From NCBI GenBank assembly GCA_973895155.1, contig OZ316899.1:6327241-6391240 (forward strand): a stretch of DNA of 64,000 nt, in the 5' to 3' direction. Each line of letters opens with the position of its first letter. Position 1 is the stretch's first letter. The DNA comes from Marsupella aquatica. Lineage: Eukaryota; Plantae; Marchantiophyta. Shown here piece by piece: positions 38,701-49,832 of this stretch. The translations under genes and the position numbers were made by a program. The notes beneath the pieces were generated by a model. That model did no database searches. It saw only the letters and a list, made by a program, of their open reading frames with translations, and had not been told where the DNA came from.

Positions 38701-39764
38701 GTGCTGGCTGGGTGATAGGTGGTGGGGTTTGGCTAGGCTGCGGCTGAGGCTGAAGCTGAAGCTGAGGTTGAGGCTGAAGCTGAGGTTGCATGGGCACGGG
38801 TACGGGTACGGGCCCGGCTGAGTTGGTCATGTTGGTTGATGGCCAAGTTCCCATGAAGCTCTGCAGGTGCTGGTAGAAGTTCTCCGAAGCGAGTGCGGAC
38901 GCCCTTGTCGAACGGTTGGTACTGGACTCGCCGTTAATGACAGCCCGAACCTGGGCAGGGATGTGGTCGAAGTGATGTCGCTGCAGGTCGATTGTACCCG
39001 GGATATTGAAGACCTCGTCCGGAAGCCGAAGCAATGCTTCCCAGAACCCGATATATTTGTCTCCGTTGAAGAAGTACCCAGATACCTCAGCTGGTCGGTA
39101 AAGCTCGCTCTGAGACGGGTAGTCAAAGTTAAGGACGTAGTGGTGTCGTCCTGCTAGGCGGATGGCTCTCTCGTATTCGCGTTCGATCTCGTATCGGCGC
39201 GGGTTGGCGTGTTTCAATGAATCGGCCAAGTGCCTTCCGGTAGATAGGAACTGCGTCCAGAATCGAATGGCTGAGCTGGAGAGGATCGTGTGCGACATTC
39301 AGAGGAGATAGTAGTGGCGACCTAGAGAGAACGAGAGAGCTGGGGTCGAAGCTGGCGCGCGGACTGATGGACTGGTGCACTACAAAGGGTTGGCTCCCCT
39401 TTTATACTTTGAGGGCTTGTCGATCCCCGACGTCTCCTCGACGCCCATAGGTTGAACCGCTCACGCTTGTGGTGTACCGGCCACTCCGCCGGTCTGAGTC
39501 AGCGTGCGTCAGTGGCCGCTTCCTTAAGTTCATTATACGGACCCGAGGGAGGGGCCCCTCCACGCTCGTAACCCGGGTGTGCGAATAGTGACCCGCCGCC
39601 AGCCCAAACCTGAAGTCCCCCTTATTGCCTAATGATGTCCTACCCCTAATGATTACCTAAATACTGTCGTTATGCTAATAATAGCCGCCTAAGACCCACC
39701 TAACGCGCGTGCCGAGCGCAGTTAGACTGAATCACTCATTAACCGCCGTACCGGCGGCATCACA
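35750..39764 (-). repeat. 3' LTR (4015 bp)
   Basis: Direct repeat of 43169-47185. Confidence 0.97.
36646..39298 (-). pseudogene. LTR-resident ORF, 3'-LTR copy (2-bp deletion at about 38175)
   Basis: ORFs 38129-39298 and 36646-38220; GTGAGACATA here versus GTGAGGGACATA in the other LTR. Confidence 0.9.
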
Positions 39765-42700
39765 TAGCTCCCTGCTTAATTGTGAAGCGTCCTCGCGAAC
39801 ATCGCTATCGGCGTCGTCATCTTGATGGTGGTACTTTTTTACACGATCGTAGCTGATTCGCGTGGGGAGTAAATCGCCGGCATACGTCGCAAGCTCCAAA
39901 GATCCGTTTCGGTAGATCTGATTGACAAGGAAGGGCCCCAACCACCGGGTATGCAGCTTCCCTGGAAACTGCATGTACCTACTATCGTACAGAAGGACTA
40001 GATCGCCTGCCACGACATCGACCCTCCGTAGTCCTTTGTCGTGCTGCTTCTTCGAAGTTGCCTGTTTCTTCACGGTGTGTCGAGCTGCCAGTAGCCGTGC
40101 TTCTTCCAAGGCTTCAATCTGATAAGCTCGGTCTGACAGACTTTCAGATTCAGGTAAGCGATCCCAAATGCTGACCCGTGGAGTGTGCACTTCAAATTCG
40201 ACGGGCACCAACGAATGTTGGCCGAACACCAGAAAGTACGGGTTGTGACTCGTAGTAGTTTTGTAAGCTAGATTATACGAGTACACCGCCGCGTACAACT
40301 TATCATCCCAATCCGTTTTGTGCGCAGCTACAGTTTTGTTGAGGATCTTCCCAATGATACCATTTGCTCTCTCCGCCATCCCGTTGGCTTTAGGATGATA
40401 TGGGGTAGTCTTGCGGTGCTTGACTAGGTAACGCTCCGTAAGCTGGGCTACGGTGTCATTGAGGAAGTGGGTTCCACGGTCGCTTACCAATTCTAAGGGC
40501 GGTCCAAATCGGGTGAAAATCTGTTCGTATAAGAATTTGGCACTGGTTGCAGCGTCGTCCTTTACCGTAGCCCACGCTTTGACCCATTTGGTGGAGTAAT
40601 CAATAGCTAATAGGATGTACCTGCACCTTCGCCTTCGGGTAACGGGAGTGAACGGTCCGATATAATCAATTCCCCATTTTTCGCATGGTGCCAATGGAAG
40701 CACAGATGTGAGCGGGTGATGATGAGCCCGCCTCGGGGCCCCCGCTCGCTGACACAAGTCACAGCCCTTAATGAAGCGCTGTACATCCCGATGCAACGTA
40801 GGCCACCAATACCCCGAGTCCAGAATCTTTCGGGCTGTCGTAACTGCCGCAAAATGGCCTCCAGCTTCTTCTTCATGCAGGGCCCGTATCACGATAAGTG
40901 TCTCCTTATACTCTAAGCAGCGTCGTAACTTTCCGTTAATACCTTCCTTATGTAGGTGACCCTGTATCATGACGTAAGGCCCGGCTTTCCGTAAAAACAC
41001 AGCGGCGGCCTCCTGATTGATGCCGTCAGGGATGCGGCCCGTTAAAAGGAAGGTGATTATTGAGCCGTACCACGTTGGTGTCCCTTCCCCCACGTGGAAC
41101 AACTCCTCATCCGGAAAAATATCATCAATTGGCTGATCGACTGGTACGCCATCCAGTCGTGAAAAGAAATCGGCATTGAGGTGTACCCTTCCTGGCCGAA
41201 CCCGAACTTCGTAATTAAATTCCTGGAGAAGTAGCACCCACCAGGCTATCCGTCCTGTCACATCCGCTTTGTTGACCATGTACTTCAGGCTATCATGATC
41301 CGTGTGGAAAATGACCTTGTAGCCTAGCAGATAGTGTCGGAACTTTTTACACGAGTAGATTATTCCCAAAGCTTCTCGATCAGTGGGGGAATAATTCTTT
41401 TCGGCTGCAAATAGTTGACGGCTAGCGAAATAGATGGGGTGATCACGTCCATCCTCATCTAGCTGACTAAGTACGGATCCGATACAGAACCCTGACACAT
41501 CGACATACACGTGGAACTCCTTATTCCAGTCTGGGGTGACCATGATAGGCGCGGTGGTGAGTCGTTTACGGAGTTCCTCAAAAGCAATCCGTCTTCGGGG
41601 TGTCTCCTCGACCGCTGCGTCCTTCTTCATCATCTCAGTTAAGGGCAACGCAATTTTAGCAAAGTCTTTAATGAACCGGCGGTAATACCCTACGCAGCCC
41701 AAGAAGGATCGTACTGCTTTTTGATCCAAGGGGAACACCACCGCCATCCAGGCCGCAACTTTCCCTTGGTCCACCTCAATGCCCCGTTTGGACACACGAT
41801 GCCCGAGTAACACCCCCTCCTCTACCCCGAAGAAGCATTTGGCGGGATGTAGTTTGAGGTTAACATCTCGGCATCGTTGCAACGTTCATCGTAGGTGTTC
41901 GGGGTGCATGGCAACGGTTCCGAAGATGGCAAAGTCATCGATAAATATCTCCAAAAATTCCCGTAGGAAATCGTGGAAGATATTCATCAGAAGGCGCTGA
42001 AACATAGCCGGGGCGTTACACAAACCAAAAGGCATCCTCCGAAATGCGAACGTTCCCCACTCCGTAGTGAAAGTTGTTTTGAGCTGATCCGCGAGACGAA
42101 TCCAGATTTGGTTATAACCTGAATACCCGTCAAGAAATGTATAGATTTCATTTCGGGCCACCATATCTAGAACCATATCCGTGAATGGTAATGGGTAATG
42201 GTCTTTTCGGGTTGCGTCATTCAGCTTACGGTAGTCCTGACAGATACGAATCTTAGGTTTTCCATCCGTACCTCCCTTCTTTGGTACAATGACAATGGGA
42301 GAGACCCAGTCGCTGGCCATTACCGGGTAAATGATATCGGCGGCGAGGAGACGATCAATTTCCTCCTTTACTAAGATGGAGTACCTCGGATTCATGCGAC
42401 GTTGTCGCTGTCGTACCGCATGGGCTCCTAGGTTCAGATCGATTGTGTGTTCTCCCAACTCGGGGGAGACGCCTGTTAAATCATGATGACTCCATGCAAA
42501 CACATCTTCATATTCCTTGAGCAAAGCTTGGATGGATTTTTCAGCCTTCCCCGTCAGAGCGTGGCCCAGGTTAAAAGATTTGTCCATCCCAATAGTGTAC
42601 TTCCGGTAGTGCTCCTTCCTGATGACTTCAACCTGGTTTCGCAGACTCGGGTCCAGGCTCGCGTCAAGCTCAGCTAACCGAACCCCTCCGTACATGGGTG

Positions 42701-42990
42701 GGACCGGGATTGGTCTCGGGATGGGGTTTACTTCCTCCAATTGCGGAATGGACGGATCCCATGAGACTCGCTTTTTATGTCTCGGTCTCGAGTTTTCGGC
42801 CTCAGGTGGTTGTTGGGCTGGTTCATGGTTACGAGGCTCTGAAATGGAAGGAGTAGCCTCGGCTCCCTGCTTAGCTGGAGCCGTGTCCTCCGTCTCAACG
42901 AGTTGTTCGTGCGTTTCCTCATCCCCGACAGTAGATGTACTTGGGGTGGACTCAATGGCAGCCCTCGGGTAATTTAGGAGATGTGTTTCT
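39732..42990 (-). pseudogene. pol (RT, RNase H, integrase) fused to a short acidic gag N-terminus; one in-frame stop at 41886
   Basis: WVSPIVIVPKK, ICQDYRKLN, FLDGYSGYNQI, MPFGLCNAP, IFIDDF, YVDVSG, YFASRQL, HTDH, GGHF...GYWWP...CDLCQ, WGIDY, SDRGTHF, YHPKANGMAE, WLGPF. The ORF runs 33 nt into the 3' LTR. Confidence 0.95.
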
Positions 42991-43168
42991 CGGGTTGCTT
43001 CAACTCCGAAGACATCTTCCTCGGATAGGGACGAGTGACGGGCATTTACTCATATAAATGCAATGGTTAGTACTACGTCCTGATGTATCCTGCCTAGGTG
43101 AATACGCACATGTCTCCCCTCTACGATATGTAGAGTGCCCCCTCCATCTAGCGCCGAAACAAAGGCTA

Positions 43169-46100
43169 TGTCACGTCGTAGGCTTCGGCCTTAACTCAGA
43201 CTTCAGCTTAGACGGGCACATCCCTCGTAAATCTGAGGGTTCGGGCAGGAAGGGAAGCACGTAATGCACCTTATTCTCGTAAACTAGCGCTAAGTGCGCA
43301 TACTGCTAAATACGAACACCTCCTAGGTATGGTTTGTGTTCCGCCACCGGAACGTACCTTAGTCGATAGCAGGATCGACCCCGGCTTAAGGGCTTCTAAG
43401 CCTTCGTGCTGTCCGCCTTCGATCCGGATTCGATGATACAGGTCCTCAACCCGTGCTCGCAACCACTTACCCGCAGGCTGCACCCTGTGCACGTCTCGGG
43501 TAGTGCGTTCAGCCTGGCGCTGCCACCCATATACGAGAAACCCACACACATATGCGCACACATGCATACAATCTCGATTTACACGAAGGAAAATGATGGG
43601 AAAGGATTTTACTACAAAGGGAACATATGCGTACACTTAGTTGACACGACAGCCCTGGAATGCACAGGTTCAAGGCCGAGGGTGCACACTACAACGGAGC
43701 CCGGCTCCGCACTCGCCCGACGAGCTTAGTCCTACCCCCTCCCCTTGGTACTCTGTCATTCCCAGAGGTCGGGACTCCCCGCATGTCCCGCGGATGTCCG
43801 ACTCTGAAACTAAAAACCCCCCTGCCTCTACCGAGGGGTGCACTAAATACTAAGAGCCGAGGAACGGGGTGTCCTCTCGCCGAAGATTCGCTGACTAAGG
43901 TCCTAACTAAGCTGACAGTCAGGCCAGAAAACGGCTGTGTCTTATTAGAAGATCCTAATCTACGCAGGCTGGACAGCAGGGCAGCGCTGCTGTACCTAAG
44001 GCAGGTGCCTGTCCCAAGAGCCTGACTAAGCCAATCCTAATCCTAATCTATTCCTACTCCGCCGCTAATGCCTGGCACGCTTGCCAGAGCCGCCCGAATG
44101 GGAACGGCCATCCCGCTGCCTTCGAAGCCTGTCATTGTCCGCTTTGAGGAGCTGGACCTGGTCCAGCAGAGATTCGTTCTCTCGCCTCGCCGCGTCCGTC
44201 TCCTCTGCTGCCTCCTGACATGCCTCCTCCAGCTGCTGGGCATCGCTCGTCAGTTTACTCACCAGCTGGTCCTGCTTCTCGGCCTCGGTTTGGAGCCGCG
44301 CCATCTCGGCCTGCAGCGTGGCTATCTCCGTCGCGTCCCGCTGGGCTCGCTCCTCGGCCTCCTCCAGGTCTTTCTGCCAGGTGACAGCTTGTTTCTTCAA
44401 ACTGTCAATCTGGTTCCGGAGTCGTGTAATCTCGGCCTCGTTCCCAGCTTTGGCCTGTTCGGCTAGGGCGGTAAGAGCGTACGCCTTTGCTAACAACTCA
44501 TCGGCGGCTGCAACCTTGGGTCGTAGTTGCAGAAGCTCAGCCTCTTGAGCCGCCACTTCGTTCTTTAGGTACACGGACTCCACCCGATACCGCTCTATCC
44601 TCTGAAGGGCCTTCGACTGGGCCCGACCTGCCTTTACGGCGGCAACCAACTCCTGATTGAAGAAACAGGCTACCTTCCGGGCCATGAACTCCCCGGTATC
44701 CCGGGCAATTTGATGAGAGAAATCTCCCAGAAGCCCGTTCAGAAACGTACCCTGTACGAAGAGTTCCGGGTGGTCCAAGTTGTGCCTGTCCGGATTTGGG
44801 CACGGGCAGACATCAACACGCGCAGGGGCCGGGGCAGTGACGTCCAGCCCTGGGGACATAACGTTGGAAGGGGCTGGAGTGTCCTCCTGCAACGATGTCC
44901 GGTTCTCCGGAATTGCCACCGGCGGGTCCTTGGGAGACCCGGGTTCGGGTAAGACCTCTGCCGTACCAACTTCTGTACTTAGCCCGGCTAGTTGGGTTGC
45001 ATCAACGGTTGCGATGACCGACCCCTCCGGCGCCTCCTCGGTTACGATTACAGCTATTTGTGGAGGTGGGGTGGGTGAAGCTGGCGTGTCCACTGGACTT
45101 CGGGCCTCGGGTTGGGGCCGTCTCTCCAATGCCGGAAAAACCCACCTAGCTGGGACCAGCCTTGTAATGTTGATGCGGGGAAGGGTTCGTCGATCAAACC
45201 GGGCGTACCACTCAAGAATGATTTTGATATGGCCAGCGAAATACGCCTTCCCGCCAATGTACAGCGTCTTCCTTCGCCGCTCCATCTCTTCATGGAATTT
45301 CTTAGCGAAGTACGACGCCCATTTCCTAGGTCGATAGTTCTCGACCTGGATAACCTGGGCGGCGGAGATCTCCCCCCGGGGTTCCATCATGTGGAGAGCG
45401 TACCTCTGGAACTCCAGCCGCTCAGCTATCTCGGGCATGAGGCAGGTCCTCATCACGAACCCGTTGTCTACTGATCCCTCTGAGGGAAAACTTGAAGATT
45501 GGTACTTGGCCCCCTTGCCCCCGGGAGCCCGTGATTCGACTCGATGGTCACCTTCGGGTAACCCGAAGATCATCTTGAGCCGTTCTTCTGTGAGGGACAT
45601 ATTCCTTCCCCGCAGCCGAGTCTGTTGATGTACGTCGTCATAATTCTTGACGAATTCTGTCATGTCCTCCCCGTAGTACCTGCAAGTGTTCCAGGGGAGA
45701 GAGGTGAGGTGCTCAAATCCCTGAGTCTTCAGGTACACCGCATGCTTGGGATGGAGGATGTTGCTATGAACGTTTTCCCCCATGCGGTGCATCGTCACCT
45801 TGGCTACGGCTACCGTGGCCAACGGTAACCCGGATGCAGTGGCGGATTCCTTCCTCTTCTTTCCCCGTGACTGACTCGGGGAAGGTGATACTTCCCCATC
45901 CTCCCGATCGGGCCTGGGGAGTGCCACTGCGGTTAGTAACGGGCCCGGGGCGGCCACGGTCACTATGTTGTCTGCTGGGGCCGCTCCTGGGGTCAGAGCA
46001 GGGGGCGGGGACGATATAGTGTCGGCCCCCTGAGCGCTTGTTCCTCTGGGCCGCCTGGTCAAGGGTGGGGTAGCCTCGTCGTCATCGCTAAGATCCACAG

Positions 46101-47185
46101 CGTTGATGACGGAGCGTACCTGTGCTGGCTGGGTGATAGGTGGTGGGGTTTGGCTAGGCTGCGGCTGAGGCTGAAGCTGAAGCTGAGGTTGAGGCTGAAG
46201 CTGAGGTTGCATGGGCACGGGTACGGGTACGGGCCCGACTGAGTTGGTCATGTTGGTTGATGGCCGAGTTCCCATGAAGCTCTGCAGGTGCTGGTAGAAG
46301 TTCTCCGAAGCGAGTGCGGACGCCCTTGTCGAACGGTTGGTACTGGACTCGCCGTTAATGACAGCCCGAACCTGGGCAGGGATGTGGTCGAAGTGATGTC
46401 GCTGCAGGTCGATTGTACCCGGGATATTGAAGACCTCGTCCGGAAGCCGAAGCAATGCTTCCCAGAACCCGATATATTTGTCTCCGTTGAAGAAGTACCC
46501 AGATACTTCAGCTGGTCGGTAAAGCTCGCTCTAAGACGGGTAGTCAAAGTTAAAGACGTAGTGGTGTCGTCCTGCTAGGCGGATGGCTCTCTCGTATTCG
46601 CGTTCGATCTCGTATCGGCGCGGGTTGGCGTGTTTCAATGAATCGGCCAAGTGCCTTCCGGTAGATAGGAACTGCGTCCAGAATCGAATGGCCGAGCTGG
46701 AGAGGATCGTGTGCGACATTCAGAGGAGATAGTAGTGGCGACCTAGAGAGAACGAGAGAGCTGGGGTCGAAGCTGGCGCGCGGACTGATGGACTGGTGCA
46801 CTACAAAGGGTTGGCTCCCCTTTTATACTTTGAGGGCTTGTCGATCCCCGACGTCTCCTCGACGCCCATAGGTTGAACCGCTCACGCTTGTGGTGTACCG
46901 GCCACTCCGCCGGTCTGAGTCAGCGTGCGTCAGTGGCCGCTTCCTTAAGTTCGTTATACAGACCCGAGGGAGGGGCCCCTCCACGCTCGTAACCCGGGTG
47001 TGCGAATAGCGACCCGCCGCCAGCCCGAACCTGAAGTCCCCCTTATTGCCTAATGATGTCCTACCCCTAATAATTACCTAAATACTGTCGTTATGCTAAT
47101 AATAGCGGCCTAAGACCCACCTAACACGCGTGCCGAGCGCAGTTAGACTGAATCACTCATTAACCGCCGTACCGGCGGCGTCACA
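43169..47185 (-). repeat. 5' LTR (4017 bp)
   Basis: Direct repeat of 35750-39764, adjacent to the PBS. Confidence 0.97.
44065..46719 (-). pseudogene. LTR-resident ORF, 5'-LTR copy (884 aa reconstructed; one CAG>TAG stop at 46531)
   Basis: ORFs 46531-46719 and 44065-46455 are in one frame. Layout: N-terminal globular part, Q/P-rich linker, a domain resembling plant retroelement accessory proteins, C-terminal coiled coil and basic tail. TATA-like TATAAAA at about 46821-46827, about 100 bp upstream of the ATG. Confidence 0.9.
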
Positions 47186-47457
47186 TTAAGTCTGAGGTTC
47201 AAGGAAGAATCTCTCCCTTATATATAAGAGAGATCCGCTTAAAAAACTAGATGAAAAGACATGCCTTTTCATTATGTAAAAACTAATAAGGTTAACTAGA
47301 TAAAAATAACTATACTGTGTGAAAGAGAAGGTCATATCACTTCCTTCCTTTCCTACAAAACATGGAAAATGGTCGGAACAAGGGCGGAAATCAAATTTCT
47401 GGTTCAACCTCCTTTTGAATATAAATTCCGGTTGAACCTGTTTTTACAGAATCCGGT

Positions 47458-49176
47458 TCATCCGTCTTGGTGTTTAACTATGGCTTCAGGAATTTTTGGC
47501 TCTTCAGGAATTTCTGGAGTGATATTGGGAGTAGGTGCTTGGCTTTGGAGAGGTTCTATAACATAGGTCACTCCTGTGGAGGTAGTAACAATGTTGCCAG
47601 GGGGAACCGGGTTGGTAGGATACTTGCCCATGAGGGAAGTCCAATCGAAAGGTCCGGGAGTGGTGGTAGGAATGGTCCCTGAGGAAGAGGTGAAATCAGG
47701 AGCAGTAGTATCAAGAGTGGTAGGTTCTCCTGATAGAGGGGATGGAGAATACTGAACTGGTGTCTCCCCATCATCCTTAGCCCAGATCTGGTGTAACTCA
47801 TTCATTTGGCCCAAAATTTCCTTCATTGCATTCAGGCAGTCCTCAAGTTTATCTCCATAGTCTTGAGAGATACGAATGACAGTAGCAAGGCAAGTAGGAC
47901 TGGGTACTTTTACAAAGTACTCTCGAAAGAGTTCTGTCTGGACCAAATCTCTACCTCTGGTGTTCAGGAAAGGGTCCAAACGATCCACTAAATCTTCCAG
48001 ACTCTCAATGGCTTCTTCCTCCTTACTCCTCTGTCTTCTCTCCTTCAGCTGGTTTTCACAATCTGTGAGTCTAACAGACTTCTCCTTGAGGTCCTTTTCC
48101 ATTCTCTCCACCTTCTCCTTGTTGCCAGCAGTCTGTATTACATGCTCAAAGTTTGCTACTAATTCTGAGACTGGAACACCTGCTACTCGAGCCATCTTGG
48201 CCAGGTTCTGTTCCATGATACCCATCTTCACTTGTATTGCCTCCATCTCTCGCTGGATGACTGAGAAATGATTCTGAGAGGATTCTGAGAGCGAACCGGA
48301 AGTAGGAATAGAGGTGCTGGCCAGTTGAACCGGATTCCCTCCTAAAGTTAACTTACGGCGCTTGGGAGGTTCAACAACTTGTACCTCTGCTTCCTCTTCG
48401 TCCTCCTCTGTATCCTCTACCTTAACAAACTCTGGATCTGGGACTCCATAAAGGACATAACTGTTCTTTGTCCCCAAAAGATTCTTCTCCTGTTTGAACA
48501 GGACTCCTGCTTGGGCATACAAATGAATCACGTAGGAAGACAAGGGGGTGGCCGATTTCCCATTGAGATTAGTTGCCAGCTTCTGTATCACATCATACAG
48601 GATGGTAGCCCAAGAAATAGTCTTCCCCTTGTAGAGGGCAGCAATGATAGTGCTCCCTACTCTCTGGATGACTCGTTTTGGTTTCTCTGGGTATAACAGG
48701 GGAACCAGGAAAGCCAATACCCTTCTCAAGTCTCCATCTATGCACTGATTAACACTCCATCCTTCTTTCTTGTCCATCTTTCCTGCAAAGTAATCTATGG
48801 TGAGGTTCTCTCCTCGGGGAAGTAGACCAGAGCCATCTGTACGCACTTGGTAAGCTTTGCCAATAGCCTCTTTGGTCCAAAGCTTAGGTTGGGCTCTGAT
48901 GGTATTAGAAAACTCACTTGGGATTTCTCCAGTGAGTATCTCTCGGATAACATCTTCACTCTGTCATGCCCAGGTCATCAGAAGTAGGTTGTGGCATCCC
49001 ATCCTCTCTAGATCAGTCCGCAACCTCTCCTTCTCTTCTGGTCCGGTTGGTAGTACAGGTCTTAGAGGCTTCAAAGCAATAGGTAAATCCTTCCTCTTAG
49101 ACCGTCGAACCTCGCTCTTGACAGGGGTAGTGTCCGCCTTCGCCTTCTCAGCAGATTGGGGTCTTTGGTTCCTCAT
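47458..49176 (-). pseudogene. Solo-LTR-resident ORF (573 codons, one stop at 48964)
   Basis: ORFs 48964-49176 and 47458-48846 are in frame. Globular domain GCHNLLLMTW...TIRAQPKLWT...LAFLVPLLYPEKPKRV...ISWA..., then an acidic stretch with NLS-like PPKRRK, a coiled coil and a P/T-rich tail. Confidence 0.8.
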
Positions 49177-49832
49177 GGTGGCTCAACCGGTTCTCGTCAG
49201 GGTGAAATCCGGTTCAGAGCGGAAGCCGGTTCAGACGTCTGGCCTTCCTTTTCCAAGATCGAAACCTATTTACTTCCCCAGCCTTCCCTCCCTTTACAGG
49301 AGTAGGCTGCCACCTCACACGATTCAGTCAATTCTCTCCTATACCATGCACTCACAGAGTTATCAAGAATGGTCCTCTCATCCGGACCAAAGACCCTCAA
49401 CCAGACGGAAGAGATTCCTCACACTACAGCGTCGTCGCATCACTATTCGCTCGGGAGCTCAAGACTTACTTCGTTCAGCCTTGAGAGGTGTGAGGAGAGG
49501 AAAGCCGGTTCAGCCTGTTTTGGTCTCAGATTCGGCTACAGGCTGATCCAAGACTTATGGTTTAATGGTTAAGTCGCTCCTTGCATTGAGATCCTCTGGT
49601 GGAATGGACCAGACTTAGATCATTAGGGAAACCGGTTCCACGGGTTGGGGAGGTTAAAACGGCTTTCTTCTGTCGAACCGGCCATCTCAACCAAGCAACT
49701 TTTCCGGTTAGCACCTTAAAGTGCTCATAGGAGGCTAACAGGTCTAAAAGGTCATAAGATTTAGTGTTTCCAAGGGTTAAAATTTTAAAATTTCCCTTAT
49801 TTCTCCTTTTACCAAATAAACATCATCTCATA

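Larger units (their letters stand above)
35750..47185 (-). mobile_element. Ty3/gypsy (non-chromovirus) element with 4.0-kb gene-bearing LTRs and a 3.4-kb internal region lacking gag core and protease
   Basis: LTRs 35750-39764 and 43169-47185 (TGT...ACA), roughly 99% identical by eye. TSD TTAAG at 35745-35749 and 47186-47190. PBS at about 43137-43156; PPT-like AAGCAGGGAG at about 39768-39777. Confidence 0.97.
34899..49832 (-). mobile_element. Solo LTR (3493 bp net) carrying a long ORF, interrupted by the 35750-47185 element
   Basis: TSD GCAGG at 34894-34898 and 49833-49837. Left end TGTAGAG, right end ...CTCATA (probably mutated CACA). The host reading frame is restored on excision. No gag, pol or PBS inside. 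Confidence 0.75.

Noticed and set aside
44065-46719. LTR ORF as an envelope (env-like) gene
   Set aside because: No signal peptide or transmembrane stretch is visible; the coiled coil and basic tail suggest a nuclear or cytoplasmic protein.
35750-47185. 4-kb direct repeat as an assembly error or segmental duplication
   Set aside because: The copies differ at scattered transitions, have TG...CA ends, a 5-bp TSD and correctly placed PBS and PPT.
48857-49546. 229-aa plus-strand ORF and the many other short antisense ORFs over TE genes and GC-rich LTRs
   Set aside because: Shadow frames of real opposite-strand ORFs or GC-rich sequence; no recognisable motifs.
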